Counted from the first letter of the stretch, positions 46,973 to 57,036 are shown. The stretch is 64,000 nt of DNA from an uncultured delta proteobacterium (GCA_963767925.1 CAVYGB010000008.1:512001-576000), one strand, 5' to 3'. The notes: generated by a model not told the origin, from the letters alone. Made by a program: numbers and translations.

Positions 46973-48324
46973 GTCTGTCCCCCACTGGCGGTTTGTTGGC
47001 TCAGGAACCTCCCGAGCGAGCTCATGCTGCTGACGATCTTCTCCATGGTCGTGAACTGGGCGATCAGGGATTGCCGGCGCCCTTCCAGGCGCAGCTCGAG
47101 CGAGGCGATCTGGCCGTCCATGTCGCGGACGGTGCTCTCGATCCCCTTGCGCTTGGTGATGAGGATGCCGTCGGCCGCGTTGCTGTAGTTGTCGATGGTG
47201 GTGCCGGTGACCTTGGCCAGGCCGGCGGTGGCGTCGGCGAACAGGGTGTTGACCGCCACCGGATCGCGGGTGAGGGCGTTCTTGAGGACGGTGCCGTCGA
47301 CCGACAGCGATCCATCCCGGGCGCTCTTGATGCCGATGTCGGCCAGGCTGCGGACGGTGCCGACGCCGACCTCCACGGTGATGAGGCCCTGCAGGCTGCG
47401 CTGCAGGCCCCGCAAGGTCGAGTCGCCGAGCAGGGTCGAGCTGCGGTCGCTGCTGGCGGTGGCCTGGAGCTGCTTCTGGATGACCCCGATGACGCTGTTG
47501 TAAGAATCGATGAACTTCGTGAGGTTGGTGGTGGTGCCGGCCTGGTCGTTGGAGACCACCAGCGACTCGGAGGTGGCGGTCAGCGCCTTGAGGTTCAAGG
47601 TGACGCCATCGATCACGTCGCCGATGGTGTTGCTGGTACGGGTGATGGGGAGATTGTCGACCGTGATGAGGGCGTTGACCGGCGGCTGCGACTCCGTGAA
47701 GGTGATGGTCTTGTTGGCGCCGCTGCCGGTGTAGTTCTCGACGATCGAGAGGGCGTCGCCAGCCACCCCCGTGAGGGGAAAGCCGGTGTCCCGGGCGGTC
47801 ACGGAGAGATAGTTGCTGGTGCCGTCGTTGATGACGGTGGCGCTCACCGGAGCCCCGCTGGCCCGGATGGCGGCTGCCACGTCGGTGAGGGCAGCGCCGT
47901 CGGTGATGGCGACGTTGTAGTTGCTGCCGCGCACCCCCAGGGTGAGGCTCCCGCCCCGCACCAGGTCGGTGCCGGTGAAGGCCGACGAGCGCTGCTGCGC
48001 CGCCGTCGCCAGAGTGTTGACGCGAACGTTGTAGGCCCCGGCGCTGGCCGACGTTCCGGAGGTCGCCGAGAAGCCAGTGTGGGTCCCCTCGATCTTCGTG
48101 GCGAGGGCCCCGCCGTTGCCGAGGCCCTGGGCCGAGCTCTTCAGGGAGGAGAGCTTGGCCAGCACGTCACCGAGCGTCGATACCTGCGTCCGCAGCCCGG
48201 TCTGCCGGGCTTTGAGCATCTCGACCGGACGCCCCTCGATCTTGATCAGCTGGTCGATGATGCTGTTGCTGTCGAGTCCCGAGGCGAGCCCGCCGGCTCG
48301 AAACGTTGCGTCCGTGATCGCCAT
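46969..48324 (-). CDS. fliD: Filament cap protein FliD
   Basis: GLASGLDSNSIIDQLI.IE, SNTI.DVIDGVTLNL, FIDSYN, LLGD, QFTTME. Confidence 0.93.
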   Translation of the reverse strand: MAITDATFRAGGLASGLDSNSIIDQLIKIEGRPVEMLKARQTGLRTQVSTLGDVLAKLSSLKSSAQGLGNGGALATKIEGTHTGFSATSGTSASAGAYNVRVNTLATAAQQRSSAFTGTDLVRGGSLTLGVRGSNYNVAITDGAALTDVAAAIRASGAPVSATVINDGTSNYLSVTARDTGFPLTGVAGDALSIVENYTGSGANKTITFTESQPPVNALITVDNLPITRTSNTIGDVIDGVTLNLKALTATSESLVVSNDQAGTTTNLTKFIDSYNSVIGVIQKQLQATASSDRSSTLLGDSTLRGLQRSLQGLITVEVGVGTVRSLADIGIKSARDGSLSVDGTVLKNALTRDPVAVNTLFADATAGLAKVTGTTIDNYSNAADGILITKRKGIESTVRDMDGQIASLELRLEGRRQSLIAQFTTMEKIVSSMSSLGRFLSQQTASGGQT

Positions 48325-48361
48325 GGCTGCGCCTTCCTCTCTCTCCGTATTTCCCCGAGTG

Positions 48362-48396
48362 AAACGGCCGCCCCGGGTTTGGGCCCGGGGCGGCCG
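48362..48396 (-). terminator. 13-bp perfect hairpin with short U-tract between fliC and fliD
   Basis: CGGCCGCCCCGGG-N6-CCCGGGGCGGCCG followed by TTT on the - strand. Confidence 0.6.
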
Positions 48397-48458
48397 GATC
48401 AAGCGAGAATCAGTGTCGACTCTCCATGAAGGGGTCCGACAGAGAGACGATCGTCAGA

Positions 48459-49292
48459 TTACCCGAGCAGTTTGAGGGCCACCGACGGCATCTGGTTGGC
48501 CTGTGCCAAGACCGAGACACCGGCCTGCACCAGGACCTGCATGCGGGCCATGATGGAGGTCTCTTCCGCCACGTTGACGTCCCGGATACGGCTGTTGGCC
48601 GCGGCCAGGTTCTCGGCGGCCGTGCGGATGGTGTTGGACACCGTGTTGAAGCGGTTGCCGGCGGCGCCCAGGGTGGCGCGAGCCGCCGAGACGCGCTCGA
48701 TCGCGGTGTCGATGGTGGACAGCGCCGAGGCGGCGTTGGCCAGAGTGGACAGCGAAAGGCCGCTGACGCTGAGGGCGCCGGCGGTAGCGCTGACGGTGTT
48801 GACGCTGATGCGGTCGTTGGCCGACACGTTCCGGATGCCGACCTGGAAGGTCAGCGCCGTCACGTTGCCGTCCAGCAGCTTGGTGCCGTTGTACTCTGTC
48901 GAGTTGGCGATACGGTCGAGCTCCAGCGTGAGCTGGTCCACCTCGTTCTGGATGTAGGTGCGCTCGGTGTTGCCGACGCCGCTCGAGCTGGACTGCATGG
49001 CCAGCTCACGCAGACGGGTGAGGATGGTGGTGGACTCGTTGAGGCCACCTTCCGCCGTCTGGATCAGCGAGATCGCGTCGGAGGCGTTACGGGCCGCCTG
49101 GTTGTAGCTGCGGACCTGGGCGGTCAAGTTGCTGCTGATGCCGAGGCCGGCGGCGTCGTCGCCCGCCTTGGTGATGCGGAAGCCCGAAGAGAGCTTGGCG
49201 AGCGAGCTCTGCAGCTCGGTATCGGTGTGCATCAGGTTCTTCTGCGCATTCAGCGAGGCAACGTTGGTTCTAATCGACATCGAACTGGCCAT
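48459..49292 (-). CDS. fliC: Flagellin (277 aa, minimal variable region)
   Basis: IRTNVASLNAQ, KLSSGFRI..AGDDAAGL, RLRELAMQS, SRIRD, LAQANQ.P. Confidence 0.97.
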   Translation of the reverse strand: MASSMSIRTNVASLNAQKNLMHTDTELQSSLAKLSSGFRITKAGDDAAGLGISSNLTAQVRSYNQAARNASDAISLIQTAEGGLNESTTILTRLRELAMQSSSSGVGNTERTYIQNEVDQLTLELDRIANSTEYNGTKLLDGNVTALTFQVGIRNVSANDRISVNTVSATAGALSVSGLSLSTLANAASALSTIDTAIERVSAARATLGAAGNRFNTVSNTIRTAAENLAAANSRIRDVNVAEETSIMARMQVLVQAGVSVLAQANQMPSVALKLLG

Positions 49293-49384
49293 GGCTCTTC
49301 TCCTTGGATGGCGGTGAGGCCGCCGGTGCTGAGTGGGCTTTCTTTCCGTCGGCCCTTCGGACCCCGTGTCCGACTTCGCCTAGT

Positions 49385-49412
49385 CTTTCGACACGGCCTC
49401 GGCGACCGTTAA
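49385..49412 (-). promoter_or_regulatory. Sigma28 promoter of fliC
   Basis: TTAAC-N15-GTCGAAAG versus consensus TAAA-N15-GCCGATAA. Confidence 0.7.
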
Positions 49413-49417
49413 GTGCC

Positions 49418-50302
49418 TCACCGTAATCTGTTGAGGAGGGACAGATCGAAGCTGCGCGCCGCCGCGGCCAGGGTGGCCTCGAGGGCTTTTTCGGCCAGAG
49501 CCATGCGGCTGGCCGACTCGATGATGTCGGCGTCGGTGAGACGGGCCATCGCGGCCGTCTCGCTGTCGGCGCCTTCGCGGGTCACGGCGACCACGGTGTC
49601 GAGGTCGTTCATCGCCGCACCATTTTGGGCCAGGCCCACCGAGAGCTGGCTGATCCCTTGATCGAGGCCGCTCAGCGTGGCCCGCACCGCCTCGGGGTCG
49701 TTGGACTCGAGGGCGTCGGCCAGCGCATCGAGGGTCGCAAACAGGTCGGTGCCGCCGTCCACACCTTTGGTGATCCGATCCGCCCGCACCGACACCGGTT
49801 GCATCACCCCGGGCAAGATCTCCACTTGCCGGACGCCGTCGTCGCCGAGGTAGGCCCCGGTGGCATCGAAGGGGGGCGCCCCGTCCTCGGTCCCCCCGAA
49901 CAGGTAGCGGTTTCCCACCCGGGTGTTCATCAGGCCCACCGTCTGCTGAAACAGGGCCCTCACCTCGGTGGCCGCCCCCGCCCGCTGCCCGGCATCGTAG
50001 GTGTCGTTGGAGAGCTGCACCGCCAGGGCCCGGGCCCGGGAGAAGGCCTCCGACACCGAGAGCAGGGCTTGATCGGCCCCCACCACCTCGTCGCTGGCCC
50101 GTCCGGCCACCGTGCGGATGGCCTCCAGGCGTTCGCGAGCGAGCTGGTGGCCGACCACCAGGCCGGAGGCGGCGGCGTCGTCGCCGGGGTGCTCGATCCG
50201 GCGCCCGCTCGAGGTCTCGGCGATGGCGCGCTGGAGGGTGTCGCGGGCCACCTCGGTCCGGGACGCGGCCCGGTCGAACATCAACTTGTCTGTCACACGC
50301 AC
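49418..50302 (-). CDS. flgL: Hook-associated protein 3
   Basis: MRVT, SSGRRI..PGDD, RYLFGG...PPF, Y.GD, L.DAD. Confidence 0.92.
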   Translation of the reverse strand: MRVTDKLMFDRAASRTEVARDTLQRAIAETSSGRRIEHPGDDAAASGLVVGHQLARERLEAIRTVAGRASDEVVGADQALLSVSEAFSRARALAVQLSNDTYDAGQRAGAATEVRALFQQTVGLMNTRVGNRYLFGGTEDGAPPFDATGAYLGDDGVRQVEILPGVMQPVSVRADRITKGVDGGTDLFATLDALADALESNDPEAVRATLSGLDQGISQLSVGLAQNGAAMNDLDTVVAVTREGADSETAAMARLTDADIIESASRMALAEKALEATLAAAARSFDLSLLNRLR

Positions 50303-50315
50303 GATGGCCTCCTCT

Positions 50316-51722
50316 TCAGCGCAGCTTCAACAGGCTGTCGAGCATGCCGTCGGCGGTGGTGATCACCTTCATCACCGCCTCGAACGCCCGCTGGGCCTTG
50401 GTCAGGTTGATCAGCTCCTCGTCGATCGAGACCCCGGAGGCGGACTCGCGCAGGTCGACGAGGTGGTCCAGGATCCCCCCGTCCTGCTCGGAGATGGAGC
50501 GGGCCCGCGCGGCCTGGGCCCCGAAGTCGGTGGTGATCCGGCCCAGCGTCTGGCCGGCGTCGAGCCCGTTGGACAGGGCCAGCCGCTCGGTCGCCACCAG
50601 GGCGTGCAGGTTGGTGGCGTCGCCCGAGGGGGCGGTGGCGCTGGCCGCGGCTGCCAGGCGGCGGGGATCGGCCAGCAGGGCGGCGTCGACCCCGAGCTGC
50701 CGGGCCGCGCCCGCCACCTGGGCGGGGGCGGCGAAGAAGTCCTGGCCGCTGCCCCCGTCGAGGTCGAAGCCGGCCCGGTGGGTGGTGTTGACCGCGCCGG
50801 CCAGATCGAAGGCGAGCTGGTCCAGCCCGCTGGCGGCGACGGCGAGCGCCCCGTCGCGCGCGTCGAGCAGGCCCCCGGTGGCGCCGGCGAAGAGGTTGCC
50901 CGGCAGGGTCGTCGGCCCGCTGCCGTCGGGGGGGCGGATGGCGATGGCGGCCCGGCCGTTGCTGGCCGGATCGGGCACGAGGGAGAGGGAGGCGGCCCGA
51001 TCGCCGCTCACCAGCGCCGTGCCGTTGCCGAGGGCCACCCCGAGGTCGCCCTGGGCGTTGGGGACCGGCGTGGCCCCGGTCAGCTCCGCCAGCTTGTCGA
51101 GGTGGCGGTTCCGCGTGTCGAGCAGGTCGTTGGGCTCGGCGCCGCCGGCCCGGGACTGGCGGATCTCCCGGTTCAGGCGGGCCACCGCCGCGGCGGCGTT
51201 GTTGACCTCGCTGACGATGCCGCCGAGCTTGGCGTCCACTCCGCTGCGGGCCTCGTCGATCGACTGGGCCGCCCGGGCGAAGGACAGCCCCAGGGCTCGC
51301 CCCGCCGACACCGAGGCCAGCCGCAGCCCGGTGTCGCCCGGGTTCTGCGAGAGCGTGCGGAGGGAGGTATAGAAGGTGCCGAGGGCCGATCCCAGCCCCT
51401 CCTCGGCGCCCGGGTTGAGGGCGGCGATGGAGGCCAGCACCTCGGCCTCCGCCGAGGAGCGGGCCTGGGCCGAGAAGGCGGCCGGCATCTGCCGCTCGAG
51501 GAAGCGGTCGCGCGACTGGCTGATTGTGGCGAGCACCACGCCCCGGCCGAGCTGGCCGTTGCCGAGGTCCTGGGCGGGGATCACCGCCTCGAGCTCGGCC
51601 CGTTGCCGGGCGTAGCCCGGGGTGTTGGCGTTTTGCAGGTTGTGGCTGGCGGTGGCGGCCGCCGCCCGGTGGGCGGACAGGCTGGCGCTGCCGTGGTTCA
51701 GGATGGCGAGCAAGTCAGGCAT
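50316..51722 (-). CDS. flgK: Hook-associated protein 1
   Basis: SHNLQNANTPGYARQR, NDLLD.R, SGVSIDEE. Confidence 0.94.
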   Translation of the reverse strand: MPDLLAILNHGSASLSAHRAAAATASHNLQNANTPGYARQRAELEAVIPAQDLGNGQLGRGVVLATISQSRDRFLERQMPAAFSAQARSSAEAEVLASIAALNPGAEEGLGSALGTFYTSLRTLSQNPGDTGLRLASVSAGRALGLSFARAAQSIDEARSGVDAKLGGIVSEVNNAAAAVARLNREIRQSRAGGAEPNDLLDTRNRHLDKLAELTGATPVPNAQGDLGVALGNGTALVSGDRAASLSLVPDPASNGRAAIAIRPPDGSGPTTLPGNLFAGATGGLLDARDGALAVAASGLDQLAFDLAGAVNTTHRAGFDLDGGSGQDFFAAPAQVAGAARQLGVDAALLADPRRLAAAASATAPSGDATNLHALVATERLALSNGLDAGQTLGRITTDFGAQAARARSISEQDGGILDHLVDLRESASGVSIDEELINLTKAQRAFEAVMKVITTADGMLDSLLKLR

Positions 51723-51724
51723 GG

Positions 51725-52198
51725 CTATAAAGTCCGGCTGGCGGTTCGTAGCGGGTTGTCGGCGATCATCTGGCCGCGGCGGTCATAGGCGCTGGCGGCG
51801 CTGGCGTCGGGGCGAAGCGAGCGAAGCCAGGAGAGCGCGCGCGCTCCGGAGGCCCGCACGCCGGCGTCGATGGCGCGCAGCTCGGAGGCGCGCACGCGGA
51901 TGGCGGTCAGCTCGGCCTCGAGGTGGGTGGCGGCCTGGGGGGCGAGGGCGAAGAGGCGGGGCAGGGTGACCTCCTGCCAGCCGCGCTTGCGTTGCAGCTC
52001 GCGCAGGGCGCCGGCCAGCTCGCGGGTCATCCGTTCGAGGCTGGCGTGGATCTCGTCGCGGCGGGCGGCCGAGCGGAGCAGCGGCTCGCTGTCCAGGCTG
52101 GCCATCGCTCTGGGCAGTCCTCGGCCCAGCTCGATGGCCTCATCGAGCGCCTGTCGGATCGCGCGGGCCGATCCGCAGGCTTGTTCGATCTCTTCCAC
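51725..52198 (-). CDS. flgN: FlgN-family export chaperone
   Basis: Helical protein between flgM and flgK with AYDRRG motif. Confidence 0.7.
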   Translation of the reverse strand: MEEIEQACGSARAIRQALDEAIELGRGLPRAMASLDSEPLLRSAARRDEIHASLERMTRELAGALRELQRKRGWQEVTLPRLFALAPQAATHLEAELTAIRVRASELRAIDAGVRASGARALSWLRSLRPDASAASAYDRRGQMIADNPLRTASRTL

Positions 52199-52200
52199 GC

Positions 52201-52506
52201 TCAACCTCGCAGCAGCGCCAGCAGGCGGGCTTCGATCTCGGCGCTGGACAGCAGCCGTTCGGCGAGCTGACCGGCGTCGGGCCGATAGTGGCCCCCGCTG
52301 ATGGAAGCGGCGAGCTGTTGCAGCCGCCCCGAGCGCGTCACGTCGGATCTGAGCTTGGCCGCATCGAGCTGCTCGGCCACCTGCCGGCCTTCGATGGTGA
52401 CCCGGTCCGTCGTGCTGTCGAGCGGCTGAGCTTGCGTCGGAGCTTCCGCGCGCGCTCCGTGGGGCTTCTCTGGCCCGTGCAGTTCTCCAGTGGGTGCTAC
52501 CTTCAT
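52201..52506 (-). CDS. flgM: Anti-sigma28 factor FlgM
   Basis: DRVTI, R..RL..L...I..G.YRPD...LAERLL. Confidence 0.85.
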   Translation of the reverse strand: MKVAPTGELHGPEKPHGARAEAPTQAQPLDSTTDRVTIEGRQVAEQLDAAKLRSDVTRSGRLQQLAASISGGHYRPDAGQLAERLLSSAEIEARLLALLRG

Positions 52507-52928
52507 GGCAACTTCGAAACCTGTTTGGGGCTTCCCTCCAACGACTCTTCGGCACCGATCCGGTAACTGTTAAGGGCGCGCTGTGGATCGGCCGATTTGC
52601 CGCCGATCACTCCCGCCTGGTTCTCCCGATCGAAGACGGGGTCAGCAAACATGGGTGGAGGTAGCTCCACCTCCGACAGGGCCGCCTCGAGGTCGGCGCT
52701 CGGCAAGAGGGCGTCCTTTTCCCCCAGACTCTCCTCGATCATCCGGGCGATCCCCAGCCCGCCGCCCTTGCTGACCGCGTCGGCCAGGGCCTCGACGAAC
52801 ATCCCTGTCTGCAGGTGGCTACCCGCGCTTGTCGAGCCCTTGAAGGCCTGGCTCGACTCGAGGAGCTGCTTGACCAGCGTGGCCTCCAGCGCCCGCGCCG
52901 CCTCTCCCAGATCGCGCACCCGATCCAT
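52503..52928 (-). CDS. flgJ: Rod-binding FlgJ-like protein (no muramidase domain)
   Basis: AARALEA.LVKQLL, GGLGIARMI; follows flgI. Confidence 0.72.
   Translation of the reverse strand: MDRVRDLGEAARALEATLVKQLLESSQAFKGSTSAGSHLQTGMFVEALADAVSKGGGLGIARMIEESLGEKDALLPSADLEAALSEVELPPPMFADPVFDRENQAGVIGGKSADPQRALNSYRIGAEESLEGSPKQVSKLP
52546..52573 (-). promoter_or_regulatory. Sigma28 promoter for flgM, inside the flgJ 3' end
   Basis: TTAAC-N15-GCCGAAGA. Confidence 0.7.
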
Positions 52929-54037
52929 CACAGCACCTCCAGCTCGGCGTCGATCGCGCCCGCTGCTTTCATGGCCTGGAGGATGGCGACCAGGTCGCGG
53001 GCTCCCACCCCCAGGAGATTCAGGGCCTTGACCAGCTCGTCGATCGTGCTGGTGGCCGGCAATCCCACCACCGGCTTCTCGGTCTCGCGCACCTCGACGT
53101 TGGTCTGCCGGCCCGCGACGGTCTGCCCCTGGCTCATGGGGGCCGGCTGGGCCACGAAGGGGGACTGGGTGATGGCGATGGCCAGGCCACCGTGCGCCAC
53201 CGCCACCGGGCGGATGCGCACCCCCTGACCCGCCACGACCGTCCCGGTGCGTTCGCTTACCACCAGGCGGGCGCGCTGGTCGGCCTCCACCTCCAGCCCC
53301 TCGATCTCGGCCATCAGCAGGGCGACCTTGCCGGTAAATGAGCTCGGCACCCGGATCTCGACCCCCGCCGGATCGAGGGCCTTGGCCGCGTCCTCCCCGA
53401 GCTGCTTGTTGATGGCGGTGGCGATGCGGGTGGAGGTGGTGAAGTCGGGACGGCGCAGCCCCAGCAGCAGCGGCTTGCCCTCGAGGTTGGGCGTCACCGC
53501 CCGCTCGATGACGCCGCCGCTCGGCACGTTGCCCGAGGTGGGCTGGTTCTTCTGCACCCGTGACCCGGAGTCGGACAGCTCGTACCCTCCGGTCTGCACC
53601 GAGCCCTGCGCCAGGACGTAGACCGCCCCGTCGGGACCGGTGAGGGGGGTGATGAGGAGCTGCCCCCCGGCCAGCGACCGGGCGTTGCCCAGCGAGCTGA
53701 CGTTGACGTCGATGCGCGATCCCGGTCGGGAGAAGGCGGGCAGGCGGGCGGTCACCATGACCGCCGCGACGTTGCGCACGCGCACGTCGCGGGGATCGAT
53801 GCGGATGCCCAGGCGCCCCAGCATGCCGGCGATCGACTGGGAGGTGAAGAAGACCCGCTCGCTGTCGCCGCTGCCGGCCAGGCCCACCACCAGGCCGTAC
53901 CCGTAGAGGGCGTTGTCCCGCACCCCCTGCACATCGACGAGCTCCTTGATCCGGGAGGGCGCCGCCTGCCCGGGCGGGGGGGCTACCCCCAGCGTCAGGA
54001 CCAGCAGCAGCGCGCTGAACAGCCGTCGGCTTCGCAT
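52928..54037 (-). CDS. flgI: P-ring protein
   Basis: Signal peptide, RIKEL, GYGLVVGLAGSGD, NVAAVMVTA, ERTGTVVAG, ILQAMKAAGA. Confidence 0.96.
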   Translation of the reverse strand: MRSRRLFSALLLVLTLGVAPPPGQAAPSRIKELVDVQGVRDNALYGYGLVVGLAGSGDSERVFFTSQSIAGMLGRLGIRIDPRDVRVRNVAAVMVTARLPAFSRPGSRIDVNVSSLGNARSLAGGQLLITPLTGPDGAVYVLAQGSVQTGGYELSDSGSRVQKNQPTSGNVPSGGVIERAVTPNLEGKPLLLGLRRPDFTTSTRIATAINKQLGEDAAKALDPAGVEIRVPSSFTGKVALLMAEIEGLEVEADQRARLVVSERTGTVVAGQGVRIRPVAVAHGGLAIAITQSPFVAQPAPMSQGQTVAGRQTNVEVRETEKPVVGLPATSTIDELVKALNLLGVGARDLVAILQAMKAAGAIDAELEVL

Positions 54038-54753
54038 CAGAATGGCCAGATCCAGCCCAGGAAGCGGGACAGCCAGCCCTGCCGCTGGTTGTCGGTGAGG
54101 ACGCCGCGGCCGACGAACTCGATCTCGGCGTCGGCGACCATGGCGCTCTTGACGCTGTTCTCCTGGTCGATGTCGATGGGGCGCACGACGCCCGAGATGT
54201 AAAAGTGCTGCTCCTCGGCGTTGACCAGGATGACCCGGTGGCCCTCGACGAACAGGTTGCCGTTGGGCAGCACCTTGCGCACGACCGCCGGGACGGTGGC
54301 CGACAGGTATTCGCTGCGCCCGGTCTTGCCCTCCCCCTTGAAGCTGGTGGTCGAGTTGCCGGCCATGGTGAGCCCCGGATCGGCCCCCCCGCCTCCGGCT
54401 CGCAGGCTGGCCATCAGCCCCAGAAAGGCGGTTATGTCGGCGGCGCTCCGCGAGGTCCGATCGATGTCGGTGTTGGCGCTGCGGCGGGCGTCCGCCACCT
54501 CCTCGATCTTTATCACCACCAGGTCATTGACCCGCAGGGCCCGGGCGTCGGTGAACAGCATCGAGGCCGGGCGCCCCTCGTGCCACAAGCTGCCCGGCGA
54601 CATGGCCTCGCTGCGGCTCTGGCCCGAGTCCGGGATGTTGTATTCCCGGCGCTTGGGCGTGTAGTTCTGCACGTGGGCCGGCGCGCAGGCCGCCAGGGCC
54701 AGCGCCACCCCCCCGGCCAGCAGCAGGCTCGTCCGTAGTTGCGATCGGTTCAT
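54037..54753 (-). CDS. flgH: L-ring lipoprotein
   Basis: Lipobox LAAC, LFTD.RA, VLPNGNL, GVVRP.DI, QGWLSRF. Confidence 0.94.
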   Translation of the reverse strand: MNRSQLRTSLLLAGGVALALAACAPAHVQNYTPKRREYNIPDSGQSRSEAMSPGSLWHEGRPASMLFTDARALRVNDLVVIKIEEVADARRSANTDIDRTSRSAADITAFLGLMASLRAGGGGADPGLTMAGNSTTSFKGEGKTGRSEYLSATVPAVVRKVLPNGNLFVEGHRVILVNAEEQHFYISGVVRPIDIDQENSVKSAMVADAEIEFVGRGVLTDNQRQGWLSRFLGWIWPF

Positions 54754-55385
54754 CAAGGCGCCTCCACCACGAGGTGTCCGTCGGCGAGCTGGCCGCTGAC
54801 GTGTTTCCCGGAGGGCATCACGGCGCAGGTGCGGCCGCCGCCGCAGGCGACCAGGCGGCCCGTCTGCACCACCTGCAACGCGCCGGCGCGCACGAGGACC
54901 TTGATGGCGCCGCCGCTGGCCGCGCCCGCGGCCTGCAGGTGGCTCACCTCGACCATCTGACCCCGGGAGAGGCGGCGCGACGCCCGCGCACCCGGGATCA
55001 GGCGGGCCGGCGCCCGCGCGCGCCGGACCTCGGTCTCGGTGGCGATCACCGCGCCCGCCAGCTCCTCGCCCGGAGCGACCGCCCGGGTCGTCACCGGCAC
55101 GGCGGCCCAGACCTCGATCCGGGCCCAGGCCCAGGCCGGGCAGCCGGGGCCCCGCAGGCGGACCGGGTAGCGGCCGGACCCGTCGATGATTCCGTCGACG
55201 CTCGCCTCGCGGGGTCGGCAGGCCGGCGCCCGCGGCATCTGGAACGCGCGCACGATGACCCTGCCGCCTTCCACCGCCAGCGCGGATAGCAGCGCCTCGG
55301 AGACCGGCGCCGGCACCGCGACCGAGGCCTCTGCCGAGGCGGAGGCCCCCATCACCTGAAGGAGCAAGAGGGCAGGGAGGGTCAT
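54753..55385 (-). CDS. flgA: P-ring assembly chaperone FlgA-like
   Basis: Signal peptide, SAF-like VPVTTRAV.PGE; located between flgG and flgH. Confidence 0.72.
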   Translation of the reverse strand: MTLPALLLLQVMGASASAEASVAVPAPVSEALLSALAVEGGRVIVRAFQMPRAPACRPREASVDGIIDGSGRYPVRLRGPGCPAWAWARIEVWAAVPVTTRAVAPGEELAGAVIATETEVRRARAPARLIPGARASRRLSRGQMVEVSHLQAAGAASGGAIKVLVRAGALQVVQTGRLVACGGGRTCAVMPSGKHVSGQLADGHLVVEAP

Positions 55386-55395
55386 GGCGTCGTGA

Positions 55396-56181
55396 TCAGC
55401 GCAGGGAGGTCAGCCGCTGCAGCATCTGGTCGGCGGTCTGGATGACCTTCGAGTTCATCTCGTAGGTCCGCTGGGTGGTGATCATGTCGATCATCTCCTC
55501 GACCGCCTTGACGTTGGCCCCCTCGAGGTAGCCCTGCAAGATGGTGCCGGTGGCCATCTCGCCCGGCCGCACCGTCTGGGCCTGGCCGCTGGCGGCGCTC
55601 TCGATGAACAGGTTGCCGCCGACGCTCTCGAGCCCGCTCGGGTTGGGGAAGATGGCCAGCGAGAGGGCCCCCAGCTCGACCTCCCCGTCGTTGCCGGGCA
55701 TGCGGGCCAGGACCCGTCCGTCGGGGTGGATGGTGATGCCGGTGGCCTCGGGCGGGATCGAGATGGGGGGATCGAGCAGCTCACCCTGCTGGGTCGTGAG
55801 GCGTCCGGCGGCGTCGACCCGGAAGTTCCCCGCCCGGGTGAAGGCCGGCTCGCCGTTGGCCCGCTGGATGCGGAAGAACCCCATCCCCTCGATGGCCAGA
55901 TCGAGCGGGTTCTGGGTCCCGATCATGTCGCCCTGGGAGAGCCCGCGGGTGGTGCTCACGGTGCGCACGCCCAGGCCCACCTGCAGGGCGGAGGGCGGCG
56001 ATCCCCCCTCGGGTGAGGGCGGCCCCGCCGAGCGGATGGTCTCGGACAGCAGATCCTGGAACTCGGCCCGGCTCTTCTTGAAGCCGGTGGTCGAGGCGTT
56101 GGCGAGGTTGTGGGCGATGACGTCCATCTTGACCTCTTGCGCCTCCATCCCGGTCGCGGCGGTGTAGAGCGATCGCAGCAT
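55396..56181 (-). CDS. flgG: Distal rod protein
   Basis: MLRSLYTAATGM.AQ, NLANASTTGFK, FQDL, QVGLGV, LEGANV. Confidence 0.95.
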   Translation of the reverse strand: MLRSLYTAATGMEAQEVKMDVIAHNLANASTTGFKKSRAEFQDLLSETIRSAGPPSPEGGSPPSALQVGLGVRTVSTTRGLSQGDMIGTQNPLDLAIEGMGFFRIQRANGEPAFTRAGNFRVDAAGRLTTQQGELLDPPISIPPEATGITIHPDGRVLARMPGNDGEVELGALSLAIFPNPSGLESVGGNLFIESAASGQAQTVRPGEMATGTILQGYLEGANVKAVEEMIDMITTQRTYEMNSKVIQTADQMLQRLTSLR

Positions 56182-56217
56182 GATGTGTCTCCTTCTCTCT
56201 GGGCGTTCGTTCGAGCG

Positions 56218-56928
56218 TTAGCGGATCTTGCCGACTTCGATCGCGCGTTCGTCGACCTTGCGGTAGGTGGCGATGGCCTGCATGGCGGTGTCGAAGTGGC
56301 GCTGGGCGCCGATCATCTGGATGGTGGCCTCGAGGGGCGGGGCATTCCCCAGCTCGAGCTCGCCGACCCGCACCTGGCCCTCCTCGTCGTCGACCGCGCT
56401 GCCGTCGGGGCTGAGGATCAACAGGCTGTCGCCCGAGCGGGACAACGTCCCCTCGAGCCGGTACATGCCCAGACGCCCGAGGTGGGTGCCGTCGGCCACC
56501 ACCTCGCCGTCCTCCATCACCTCGGGCACCGCTCCCGGCGGCACGCTGATGGGGCTGCCCTGGGAATCGAGCACCTGGTTGCCGGCGATCAGCAGATCGC
56601 CGTCGGCGGAGATCTCGAGGTGGCCGTTGCGGGTGTAGGCCCGCGTGCCGTCGGACGTCGCGACCGCCAGGAACCTGTCTTCGTCGGGAATGACGTCGAG
56701 CGGTCGCTCCGTCGCAAGCGTGACGCCGGGGCGGAGGTCGACGCCGGTCTCGACAACCCCTGCCAGGATCGTGTCGCGTCCGCCGCCGGGGAGCCCAAAG
56801 GCCTGAAAAGCCGGGCGCGAGGCCCGAAAACCGGGCGTCTGGGCGTTGGCCAGGTTGTCTGCCACCGCGTCGAGCTGGGCGGCCCGGGCCGCCGCCGCAG
56901 ACATTGCTACGTAGATTCCGTCAGCCAT
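56218..56928 (-). CDS. flgF: Proximal rod protein
   Basis: MADGIYVAMS, DNLANAQTPGFR, YTRNG; upstream of flgG. Confidence 0.88.
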   Translation of the reverse strand: MADGIYVAMSAAAARAAQLDAVADNLANAQTPGFRASRPAFQAFGLPGGGRDTILAGVVETGVDLRPGVTLATERPLDVIPDEDRFLAVATSDGTRAYTRNGHLEISADGDLLIAGNQVLDSQGSPISVPPGAVPEVMEDGEVVADGTHLGRLGMYRLEGTLSRSGDSLLILSPDGSAVDDEEGQVRVGELELGNAPPLEATIQMIGAQRHFDTAMQAIATYRKVDERAIEVGKIR

Positions 56929-56951
56929 CGTTTCACCTGACGTCCCCCTCG

Positions 56952-56967
56952 AGCAAGGGAGGTGCCA
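56952..56967 (-). promoter_or_regulatory. Sigma54 promoter of the flgF operon
   Basis: TGGCAC-N5-TTGCT, perfect -24/-12. Confidence 0.8.
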
Positions 56968-56999
56968 GGGCGGCGCGTCCGGCGAACGCTCTGCTTCAT

Positions 57000-57027
57000 T
57001 CAATTCGCGCCCCCGGGCGGCCGAACA
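57000..57027 (+). promoter_or_regulatory. Putative sigma28 promoter for the fliJ-like gene
   Basis: TCAAT-N15-GCCGAACA. Confidence 0.6.
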
Positions 57028-57036
57028 CTGAAGGAC

